DNA of 59,768 nucleotides from a virus (Duplodnaviria; Caudoviricetes): IMG/VR virus record IMGVR_UViG_3300020200_000031, positions 1 to 59,768 of that record; one strand, 5' to 3'. Shown piece by piece: positions 20,201 to 28,359 of this stretch (position 1 is its first letter; each line of letters starts with the position of its first letter). The notes under the pieces were generated by a model. It saw only the letters and a program-made list of their open reading frames with translations, ran no database searches and was not told where the DNA came from. The position numbers and the translations under genes were made by a program.

Positions 20201-23200
20201 CCCAAATACTCATAATCTCCTTTAATGCGTCGATTTTTTGGTGTTATTTCACTAGGAATAGACGTCACGTCTACCGTGGTCGTAGAAGACGCAAGACCAC
20301 CTCGACTAGATGTCGCAAGGTTTTGTGGGCCAGACGTTACAAGGTCTCGTGCAAAATCAACAACATTGTTCCTTTCGCGTTCGTTGAGGTTCCCGAAATC
20401 GATTTCGCCCATCCCACCCAAAAGGGCGCTGTTGCGAATCGCTTGCAAAACGTCTTTGGAGTAAGACTGACTCGTATCCGTACGTTTGGCCACCGGTTTT
20501 TTGGCGATACCAAAATATTCAGTAAACTCGTTGGCCAATCTAATGATTTGCGAGATAGGAGCGTCTACCACTCTTACATTCATTTCGTGATTATTGCCCA
20601 ATATGCCGTCCTTGAAATCAAGACCTAATTGGGCGGCCCACCTGTGGTGTCCATCAATTACGTAGCCATCTCGTGAAATAAATATTGGTTTTTCGCCGGG
20701 CTTAAATGTTCCAGCCTTAGCGCTGGCCATCATGCCCGCAACACCACGGCCCTGCATGTCTCTTTGTGTTGCTTTTAACTTGTCTGACTGGACATATTGA
20801 GGGTCCGATATTTCGAGTCCCCGTTCTTTCAAAAATTTAACAAATTCTGCGTTTGCATCGACTTCGTCTTTGGCCTTTCCTCCTTTGGCAAGTCGCTCGG
20901 CGTTTTGTTTTTCGAGCAGTTTTTCCGCAAGACTGCCCGCCCTGACTTTACCCTCTGCCTGAGGCATCAAATATCGAGGTATACCTTTGTTCCCCAAACA
21001 AAATGCGCTTACTCCCCGAACCGTGACCTGACACAAATCAAAAACGAAATTGTCCAACGTTTCTTTGTCTATCTGGCCTTCTGCAACCATTTTCTCCAAG
21101 GCAACAACCATCCTTGCAAAATCGTCAATTAATGTATGCGCCCCCTCAATGTCTGGCATGTCCACATCGTGACCATCAAGAAGCGCCATAACCGCATCTT
21201 CGACAGTGTCAACTTTAATCAACTGTCTTGGCGCCTGTGGGTGAATTTTTAATTCTCTTAAATAATCTTCCCAATCTTCGTCCACTATCATCAAAGCATC
21301 GGGTAATGGCACCCACCTCAAACCACCATCTGGCTCTTCGGAAACTATTCCCCTGGGTTCGATGTGCGTCGACGATGCAAGCCCTCTTTCGCTTTGGCGA
21401 AAAGTGGGATTGATTCGTTTGAGTTCTTCATCGACCATAGAAATGAAATTAATTTTATTTTTGGCTTTGTCTGAGGAATCGTTGTCCGGATGGTCAAAAG
21501 GAATAGGATTTTCACCTTTTTCAACTCTTATTTTTTGATATCGAAGCAGTGCTTCGTACGGTGTTGTTTTTTCGTTCGCGATGAGGTCTTCCGGAGTCAC
21601 GTCCGACCATTTCCCTGAAGAAATTTTATTTTCAACGTATTTTTGGGTCATTGATGTGTTGAAGGGTTCCACTTCATCAAGGTCGAAGAATCGCGGGTCA
21701 TCAATAATTACGTCTATCCCGTGTTTCGCCGATACATCATCTCGTTGCCGAGCAGCCGCAATCAGGTTCGTAAAACTTGTTCGTGGATTTATGCCAAGCA
21801 TGGATATTTCTGCAGGCGCCCAAATGTGGTCCCCGCGCAAATCGAATGATTCCGAAACGATTGACTCCACGTCAGACAAATCAAAACTGCCCAACGTAAG
21901 AGATTCGACATATCGCTTCCTTTGGTTGTAGAGGGCACTAGCAATGGTGTCTTTCCTGCCGGTTTTATTTTCAAACAGTACGGCTAGGGGTTGAAAAAAC
22001 ATCGCCGCCAGGGAGCCGTCTTCCGACAGCCTGGAAAGACGGGCGCCTGCTTCCAGTACATCGCCACCACCGGTATAGGTTTGGTCGCTGGCGGTGTCGC
22101 CGCTTACCGCAAGCGTTCTCTGTGCGACTTCTGGCCTTAAAACAATCGAATTTCTGCCGTACTGGTCGCCAACTTTTGAAGATTTGTTGCCGACGCCCGT
22201 TTGGGCTGCATCCCTCCCCTTTCGACCGACAGACGGTGCGTCGTGCTGTATTTCAACATCATCACCATAGATGGAGCGCAATCTTTGTATTCTTTCGCTG
22301 CTTGGCCCTTTTTGTAGGGCCTGCCCAGATGACGGCCTGAGCGACGTTGTTTTTGAGTCTGTATCTACCGGAAACCGCATCAACTGATTTTCGACAGTCC
22401 TTCTAATTGCGGGAACATCCAAACCCCTATTTGCGAACGGGTCTCCACCCTGTGTTTTTCTGCCCGAATGCACGGTTTCATATCTGCCATTCTCAATCAA
22501 TCCGCGCGTGTCCCCCATCATGACGATTGGCCGACTATCAAATGGGCTTTCAAAATTCGCCGCAGCATCTTTGACCGCTGAATTGTATTGTTCGGGCGTC
22601 ATCGACTGAATTTCTTGGATGAAATTGTCTATTTGGGAAACAAGTTCTTTGTCGCCCCTTTCTTCGGCCACGAGTCGCATAACCTCAAGCCTCAAACCAA
22701 AAGAATCCTTATTGTCAAAATCCCTCAATTCCCTCAAGATGTCCTGGTCCGACTTGCCTAAATCTTTTGCGTAACCTCGCACTGTTTGTTTCTGATAATC
22801 ATTTAATTTGGGAGCAATCTCTATGTTTTGAAGATATTCATGACTTCTTGGTGACAGTCTGGCGGTTTCGCGTTCGCCTATTACGCGCGGAAGTATTTCT
22901 CTTTCTTGTCTGTCCAAATCGACACCAATGTCTTCGGCCCTTGCGAGAATATCTACGTTTTTTTGACGGGTAAATTCGCCGTGTATCGCTTTATTGATTT
23001 CGTCAACCGTGCTGGAGGCTAAGCCGCGACTGCGCGGCAATTCTTTGTCAGGATTGTAAGTCCGAGGAATTTTTTCAAGTTCTAAAATCAAATCATCTGG
23101 TCTATTTGCTGCTCCGGCATCTCTGACTTTTCCGTAGGAAACGTTTTCAAATTCCCTGGTAGTTCCGTTACGGTAGGAAACTTTCAACGTTTGGGTCTGG

Positions 23201-26200
23201 GGGTCGTACTCGATTTTTTGCGCCAATTTTGATTTTCGCGGGTCGACCTCCATTGCCACCGCTGTTTGGGTTCTGTTTATGCGTGCCGCCTCTTGTCGTC
23301 TTTCAATTCTGTTTTCTGCGCGCTTAGCAATTATTCTTTGCGCAAGCGGGCGCGATTCGTTTGAACCCAAAGAATGAAACGTCTGGCGCAATTCGTTAAG
23401 TTGCGTTTCGGTGTTTCTTTGCGAAGTAACTTGGCCAACGATAACATTATTTTTTGTTTTGCCGATAATTTCAATTTCTCCGGGCGGCAAAATCAGAGCG
23501 CCTATTTCGCCTTTTTGTGTTCCGGGCGTATTATCGGGTAGACCAGTAGAGCCTTCTGGAACCAATATCATCATTCTTTGGCCTTGTTGCTCCGATGGTC
23601 GACTGGGCCCTGTGCCACCAATATCTTCAGCCGAATGAATAACCGCGGTAAAATGTTTATTGACAGCAATTTTTGTTCCCCGTTCGCCATCAAGCGTGTC
23701 AAAGGAATTTGATGGAAAATTTATTTCAGCAACGAAGTCGGTGGGCAGTTCAGATGAGTCAATTAAATCCATAAATGGAATAAATTGTTGTTCTATGGCA
23801 TTGACTACTTCTTCTGGCCTACCCTGTAGGGCCCGAGCCCATGTTGTTGGGTCGGATGTATTCCAAAGCGAATTTCGCCAGTTGGCTTCAAGAATTTGTT
23901 TTTGCTGACTCGTCGCATTTTCCAAAACCGATTCTCTGACTAGATTGTTTGTTCTTGATGCTTGACTCCTTGAAGCAAAACCCCTCAAGGCTTCTTTGAC
24001 GCGTGAAACCACGTCGGTTAAACTTTCTGGTATTTCCTCATCTAAACCAAAATCATCAACGGGCGAAAGTCTGTCAATGCCCGCATCAATCATTGCCCGA
24101 TTTTTTCTTTTTTGCCTAAAATCAGTAAGACGAAGTCTTTTTTTCACTTCAGCCTTGATTGTGTCCTTATTGATTGAGATAACGGGCTTGGCTGATGGAT
24201 TGGCTACGCCAAAATCAGGAGAAATGTCGCTATCATAATTTAGCGGACCAAGGAAAGCCTCTATTTCTGGTGTTTTTTGAATAAATCCAGACTCAATGCC
24301 TGCCGCTAGTTCGGCTTGCATTTCTGCGATGGTTGTTGCGCTTGAAATTTGAAAATTTAATTTTATTTCATTAAATTTGTCTAAATTGCTGGCTTGATAA
24401 ATTTCGGCCATTTCCTCGTAAACTCTTAACGCCACTTGGTATTTTGTTGACCCTCGGTCCATTGTTTTCATTTGTTGGTGCAACTGCATTAAGGGCAGGT
24501 ATAAATCTTCAACGCGTGAAATGTTTTTATCAGCAAACGAACTAAGAAAAGCGGCCCTATAATAATGTTGCATCGCATACCTTCCCCCGGCTTTTTTGCT
24601 TAGAAGGACCTGCATAATTTCAGGTAAATTGTCGATGGCGCCGGGCAGCCAGTCAGAATTACTTATAATTGACGCATAATCCCAATCTTGTCCAAATACG
24701 CTAAAATATTTTTCCTTTCCGCTAAGTAACTTTTCGGCAAGCAAAAGTATTTCTTTGTTTGTCATCGTCTCTTTTAAGCCAGGAATGGATTTCAAAAATC
24801 TTTCGATAAGCAAAAGTTGCCGACCGTGCGTTACTTCATGATTTATGATGTAAATTGCTTGACCTATTTCGCCCATACTTTTTTGGATGTACCGTTGGAT
24901 GAATGCATTTCCTTGCTCAACACTTTGTTCAAGTGCATCAAGGGACATCAATTCCTCGAAATACGCAGTTTTGGCTTTCGCTGCGCCAGCCCTATCTAAC
25001 GAAGATGAAATTGCCTGCAGTTTGGCAACTTCCGTGCCTGCTGTTTTTGTTGGCTCAAATAATGTGAAATCTTTAGACTCTGGGTCGAAATCATTTTGCA
25101 GCAAGGGCCTTAACGGATTCAGGGCAATATAAAAACCGCTGCCGTCGAGTTCGGCTGCATAGGCAACCGCATCACTTCCGCCTTGATTTTTGTCAAATGG
25201 CGAAAGAAATTCAATCCTTCTAAGGTTGTCCATCAACCTTGGATTTCGTCGTCGTTGGTTAAGTATTCCAATAAGATATCCCGCTTCCATTTTGCGTAGT
25301 TCGTCAAATTTTTTCTGAGCCTTAAAAATTATTTTTCCTTCTTCCGAACTGTCGCCAAAGGCCTCACTTACCGATTTCGCTCCGGTTAAAACCTCCATCA
25401 ATGCTTTTTGGAATTCTGCATGGTTGCCTCCGTATTTACTATTAACTAATTTGTCCAATTCGTCCGGACTTAATCCAAAATGATTTGGTTGAGTCATAAG
25501 TACTCTTAAAATAAGTTGTAATTGTTTTTCCCTATGTGCGGACATGGCTGTGTCAAAGTTGCGACCAATACCTTTTCCAAAATATTTACCTAGAGTTATG
25601 CCCCATCCACCGTGTTCTGGTGTTTTCAATAAAAGAAAAACTTTTGCTAAACCGTTTTGCACGGAGTCAGGGTCGTTTGGGTCAATCATTACTCCGAGTT
25701 CCGCGGCAAAATCCATAATTTCCTGCACATCCAAGTCGGCCTTGTCTCTAAATTGTTGGCGCTGAACAGCCTGTTTTATTAATTTTCGAATCTCTTCTTC
25801 GCTTTTTTCCGGAAAGGCTGCGCGAATTGCGGAACTAAATTCTTCTTCATACCTATCGGGGGTAATAGTTTTCGCACTGGCCCTAATTTCTTCTATATCC
25901 CTAATCAAGTCAGGGCTAAGCGGTGCCGGCGGTCTGACTATCGGACGGCCATCAGGGCCAAGTAATTCTCCAGTTGGCCCCATAATCGCCGAAGAAGCAA
26001 GGCCTCTCCTTACCCTTCCCATCACTTCTGGCGATGCCGTTATGACCTCGCCGGAATTTCCCCGCATGGTTGGGATTGCCTCGTTGATGCTCAGTACGTC
26101 TTGAAAAATTTCGTGGTTTACGTTTTGTATAATTTTCATCACTGCGCGCCCAATAAGGGGAGTAAAGTCAAAACAATTACTACCGATATCGTCTGTAAAT

Positions 26201-26826
26201 TGATTTGCCGCCGGCACTCCGGGTGGGCACCGCATTCTTCCACTAGCGTCAATTATGATTCCAATTGCCCTTGCCGCCGCCTGTCCCAAATTGCCCACTG
26301 TTCCGCCAATATTGGGGCCAAGGGCTTTGACGCTAAGTTGGCCGGTTCGTTTATTCATTTTTGCTGGGCGCGCGATTACCTGAGGTTCGGTTTGGGATTG
26401 GAGAAATTGTGTTACTTGTTGGTTATAGTTTTCGGCGTCTGTGGTTTTGGGTAAATCAAGCCAACCAATATTTGGCACGTCACCAAGCAATCCATCAAGA
26501 TTAAATCGTGGCTTTATCTCAAAATATTGATTTGGTTTTGCCTTCGCATTTGGGTCAAAACAATATGTGCCTAGGCGTGTAAGTTTGGATTCTTTTTTTC
26601 TTCTTTCTTTGTTGTCTGCCGCCGCATTGCGGTTTTTCCCGCCAGAACGCCCACCCATTGCCGCCTTGACTGCATAATTCGGCGAAAATGGATAGATGCT
26701 TGTGAAAATTTGCCCCTGGGCGAATTCTTGTACTCGTTGCTCAATCGACTTTGTTTGTATTGGTGCAAATTTTGTACTTGTTAAAAAACGAGACGCGACT
26801 ATTTTTTTTTGCCGCATTCTGGGCAC
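17197..26826 (-). CDS. 3209-aa polyvalent polyprotein: zincin 1, ART-like plus KTSC, DUF3626-like 1, ParB-like, DUF3626-like 2, zincin 2
   Basis: HEVTH (24826-24840); HEFGH...RYA...EGLAEAF (17776-17790 onward); IEYDPQTQTLKVSYRNG (KTSC); YVIDGHHRWAA (ParB); two YG..I.L+PE.AQR....GD and Y[IV]E....G.FD..DVE repeats; six RGLASS-type linkers. Confidence 0.8.
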   Translation of the reverse strand: MPRMRQKKIVASRFLTSTKFAPIQTKSIEQRVQEFAQGQIFTSIYPFSPNYAVKAAMGGRSGGKNRNAAADNKERRKKESKLTRLGTYCFDPNAKAKPNQYFEIKPRFNLDGLLGDVPNIGWLDLPKTTDAENYNQQVTQFLQSQTEPQVIARPAKMNKRTGQLSVKALGPNIGGTVGNLGQAAARAIGIIIDASGRMRCPPGVPAANQFTDDIGSNCFDFTPLIGRAVMKIIQNVNHEIFQDVLSINEAIPTMRGNSGEVITASPEVMGRVRRGLASSAIMGPTGELLGPDGRPIVRPPAPLSPDLIRDIEEIRASAKTITPDRYEEEFSSAIRAAFPEKSEEEIRKLIKQAVQRQQFRDKADLDVQEIMDFAAELGVMIDPNDPDSVQNGLAKVFLLLKTPEHGGWGITLGKYFGKGIGRNFDTAMSAHREKQLQLILRVLMTQPNHFGLSPDELDKLVNSKYGGNHAEFQKALMEVLTGAKSVSEAFGDSSEEGKIIFKAQKKFDELRKMEAGYLIGILNQRRRNPRLMDNLRRIEFLSPFDKNQGGSDAVAYAAELDGSGFYIALNPLRPLLQNDFDPESKDFTLFEPTKTAGTEVAKLQAISSSLDRAGAAKAKTAYFEELMSLDALEQSVEQGNAFIQRYIQKSMGEIGQAIYIINHEVTHGRQLLLIERFLKSIPGLKETMTNKEILLLAEKLLSGKEKYFSVFGQDWDYASIISNSDWLPGAIDNLPEIMQVLLSKKAGGRYAMQHYYRAAFLSSFADKNISRVEDLYLPLMQLHQQMKTMDRGSTKYQVALRVYEEMAEIYQASNLDKFNEIKLNFQISSATTIAEMQAELAAGIESGFIQKTPEIEAFLGPLNYDSDISPDFGVANPSAKPVISINKDTIKAEVKKRLRLTDFRQKRKNRAMIDAGIDRLSPVDDFGLDEEIPESLTDVVSRVKEALRGFASRSQASRTNNLVRESVLENATSQQKQILEANWRNSLWNTSDPTTWARALQGRPEEVVNAIEQQFIPFMDLIDSSELPTDFVAEINFPSNSFDTLDGERGTKIAVNKHFTAVIHSAEDIGGTGPSRPSEQQGQRMMILVPEGSTGLPDNTPGTQKGEIGALILPPGEIEIIGKTKNNVIVGQVTSQRNTETQLNELRQTFHSLGSNESRPLAQRIIAKRAENRIERRQEAARINRTQTAVAMEVDPRKSKLAQKIEYDPQTQTLKVSYRNGTTREFENVSYGKVRDAGAANRPDDLILELEKIPRTYNPDKELPRSRGLASSTVDEINKAIHGEFTRQKNVDILARAEDIGVDLDRQEREILPRVIGERETARLSPRSHEYLQNIEIAPKLNDYQKQTVRGYAKDLGKSDQDILRELRDFDNKDSFGLRLEVMRLVAEERGDKELVSQIDNFIQEIQSMTPEQYNSAVKDAAANFESPFDSRPIVMMGDTRGLIENGRYETVHSGRKTQGGDPFANRGLDVPAIRRTVENQLMRFPVDTDSKTTSLRPSSGQALQKGPSSERIQRLRSIYGDDVEIQHDAPSVGRKGRDAAQTGVGNKSSKVGDQYGRNSIVLRPEVAQRTLAVSGDTASDQTYTGGGDVLEAGARLSRLSEDGSLAAMFFQPLAVLFENKTGRKDTIASALYNQRKRYVESLTLGSFDLSDVESIVSESFDLRGDHIWAPAEISMLGINPRTSFTNLIAAARQRDDVSAKHGIDVIIDDPRFFDLDEVEPFNTSMTQKYVENKISSGKWSDVTPEDLIANEKTTPYEALLRYQKIRVEKGENPIPFDHPDNDSSDKAKNKINFISMVDEELKRINPTFRQSERGLASSTHIEPRGIVSEEPDGGLRWVPLPDALMIVDEDWEDYLRELKIHPQAPRQLIKVDTVEDAVMALLDGHDVDMPDIEGAHTLIDDFARMVVALEKMVAEGQIDKETLDNFVFDLCQVTVRGVSAFCLGNKGIPRYLMPQAEGKVRAGSLAEKLLEKQNAERLAKGGKAKDEVDANAEFVKFLKERGLEISDPQYVQSDKLKATQRDMQGRGVAGMMASAKAGTFKPGEKPIFISRDGYVIDGHHRWAAQLGLDFKDGILGNNHEMNVRVVDAPISQIIRLANEFTEYFGIAKKPVAKRTDTSQSYSKDVLQAIRNSALLGGMGEIDFGNLNERERNNVVDFARDLVTSGPQNLATSSRGGLASSTTTVDVTSIPSEITPKNRRIKGDYEYLGIKFGKPSGEALAEKQKKRKDWVEKRNNPFGVVTPDDARYESHEEAKVRFNEVINKTIDKAKTGEIVEEWNYGRPVSPEVLELLRNNSPEEIKKIAANSVRKYIDGLDKRPIFRIRGISDEGIGDSPDESPLYRFIKDKKWKTTHDPRQLGQFGGQSTASSESADRKDIELLLGIPSKARNTIRPAHGFLKHPDEQKFNERHLKNRAKQQSEKIKEIEESVPNLLEIIAIGDEDSVGDKRIDDPNSFEGKLVDSLPRQYGHSEIILKPETAQRSLVTFGDSFSGMRTPVSLDGSATDDELLEAAILNRYLARFRTTHAHIPDSEQQRFINLLEASVSNDFAHLTSIDKDYRFYIEAIVAGGFDMNDVEEIRIEPEFQRRHMKNDGDAIHPGQRDTRKVDEKIIEDFFGKYLSKSELSLLQKIIENKDNQYSEKLIKELRDEISARARLIGRLSERQRIRELIAESPEERPKVTFLNHEGLDWESRGMYPNSMKISGLSEEHELVDVIGWAGAETIRKLLSDNNMSVASNKEIDDLKPKKSLQKSASGTRGLASSTSTDSWFGENFKPGDRSSAEKLDQGPLELPHGRDELGIPRVEAPENLKKKFGYSPKQVRKYFKKTYGIDVEMSKSLFKEKDKNGRPLATNFAGYAAVQALDDLLSNVPGMKLLLKDNNFSVNITDGGIEGRSEIFVPTSVFGTFGPRVKFFRAQRFKEGNKHKTRIDINAAEIKDAARQIVSLNWGQHYQPRRGTFGARGEVQILAPGGSTPVAFGKLGLPKYDVSYDDPNKLEELTGQIAGRIAYGSMIHEFGHLLDFSVRDKSASKIRMPSLMGHLLKRLISKGQTINLGGDPDEIFHSALRAEEIEKRIAATRYAASKATEGLAEAFASWFLFSRAPDIRTEGARMSRTHDVSGKPIEQVMPHNWQLPAEISRETLLPLIEKLGLNIKSANVKNSINLEDLDPIVLAFAIMPLLAKNKKSDKIGRRRARRISQNQDERKEFVRA

Positions 26827-26849
26827 CTTTTCTTAACTAAAAAACACAA

Positions 26850-28229
26850 TTATTGTTTTTTGTTTTGCTCCTCGGCAATTTCTGAATTGAGCAATTCAAA
26901 CTCCAACAATTGAGACATGAAATTATCGTCAATGCTGGGTGTGTTTGTTTCTTCTGCTGATTTGCCGCCCGCCACCCAGTTTGCGGGAATCATTGACTCG
27001 GCATTAAGGGCCCTGGCGCGTTTCATGATATGAATTTTCGCAGCGCCCTTATTCTTCGCTCTTCCAAATGCCTGTATCGCATTTTGCAAATCTTCTTTGT
27101 TTGCAATCGGGTAAGACCCGTCAGGAAGCGCGGTTCCCGATTCGGCCATCTTGGAACGTTCGTCATCAGTGAATGCCCGCTTTAGGGCAATCTCCGCTGC
27201 TTCCGCCTCAATATCTTGGGCGTCTTCTTCGTCGTATTTATCATAACCAAGCACTTCGCCGTCAAGCGAAACGAATACGTCGTAAGACTTGCCGTCAAGA
27301 CCATCAATTTCGACCGCATATGAGTCGTAACCTTCAAAAACGTCAGGTTCGACTGCAACCACATGTCCCTGAATTGACTTGGTTGCAATCTCCGCTGCGT
27401 CATTAAAGTCAATGAGCATCATGTCGTCAACAAGAGATTTTTGTTCAAATGCATTGTTGTCAAGTTTGTGCCAACCAAGCACTTCGGCTGTCGTGCCGTC
27501 AATAAACACTTCAATGGGTCTTCCATCTTTTGCTTCGACGTCAACGACAAACATATCAGCCTCTGCCGAATAGCCTGAATCCAGAACTTTGCCGTCAAAC
27601 ATTTCTTCCGCAATTCCTTCAACGTGAAGCAAACCGGGCATACCTTTCTCGGAAACACAACCACCTACGCAGTCGTCACAAATTGGTTGGCCGCCCGGAT
27701 ATACCTTTCGGTCAATTCCGCAAAGATAGCCCCTGGCGCCAACATCTGCTGTTTTGTAGCCCATGGTCCTTAAACGACGAGATTTCATTTGCTCCATTTC
27801 GTCGTCTTCTTCCTCGTCCTCATCTTCGTCTTCGTCCGTGACGTCTGTAGGCTCCCCTTCGGGCGCCTCTTCGTCTTCTGCTACTTCCTCTTGGCCTTCT
27901 TCCTCGTCTTCCTCTTCGTCCTCATCTTCGTCCACGGACGGCTCTGAAGCCTTCATTTTTATCTTCTTTTTCTTTGCTCTCCCATACATTTTCTTTTCGT
28001 CGCCCTCGTTCTCTTCGTCATCCTCGGCAACAACAACTTCGTCCTGTTCACTTATTTCCTCTTCGTCTTCCATCGGCACGGCTTTCATCATCATCGGCAT
28101 TGCACCACATTTTGCGCATACCTTTGCCTCCGGCACATAACCGCAGCCCGCAACGTCGGCGCCCTTAGCGCACTTCAGAATCGAACCATCAGCATCCAAT
28201 TTGACGACTGTGTTCTTGTCATAATCCAT
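26850..28229 (-). CDS. Acidic head-assembly (scaffold-like) protein with Cys motifs, two PepSY-like repeats and DUF6582-like C-terminus
   Basis: Long Asp/Glu tract; repeats AEEMFDGKVLD...EVFIDGTTAEVL and AEIATKSIQGHVV...DVFVSLDGEVL; ALPDGSYPIANKEDLQNAIQAFGRA; GGAG RBS. Confidence 0.6.
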   Translation of the reverse strand: MDYDKNTVVKLDADGSILKCAKGADVAGCGYVPEAKVCAKCGAMPMMMKAVPMEDEEEISEQDEVVVAEDDEENEGDEKKMYGRAKKKKIKMKASEPSVDEDEDEEEDEEEGQEEVAEDEEAPEGEPTDVTDEDEDEDEEEDDEMEQMKSRRLRTMGYKTADVGARGYLCGIDRKVYPGGQPICDDCVGGCVSEKGMPGLLHVEGIAEEMFDGKVLDSGYSAEADMFVVDVEAKDGRPIEVFIDGTTAEVLGWHKLDNNAFEQKSLVDDMMLIDFNDAAEIATKSIQGHVVAVEPDVFEGYDSYAVEIDGLDGKSYDVFVSLDGEVLGYDKYDEEDAQDIEAEAAEIALKRAFTDDERSKMAESGTALPDGSYPIANKEDLQNAIQAFGRAKNKGAAKIHIMKRARALNAESMIPANWVAGGKSAEETNTPSIDDNFMSQLLEFELLNSEIAEEQNKKQ

Positions 28230-28307
28230 GTTTAGGCTCCTTATTGCGGTACGAGATGACCATAGCAGGTGCTAAGTCAGCCCGTTGTATAAAAATTCGT
28301 TTTCAAA

Positions 28308-28342
28308 ATTATACTTCACAGACTGATTTTGCCGTGAAGTAA
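28308..28342 (-). promoter_or_regulatory. Putative promoter TTACTTCA-N21-TATAAT
   Basis: Consensus -10 in the intergenic gap upstream of 28229, same spacing as the other sites. Confidence 0.45.
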
Positions 28343-28359
28343 TGGGATTTTTCCAATTT

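Noticed and set aside
27790-28075. tcttcg/tcctc low-complexity repeats
   Set aside because: They simply encode the Asp/Glu-rich tract of the 459-aa protein.
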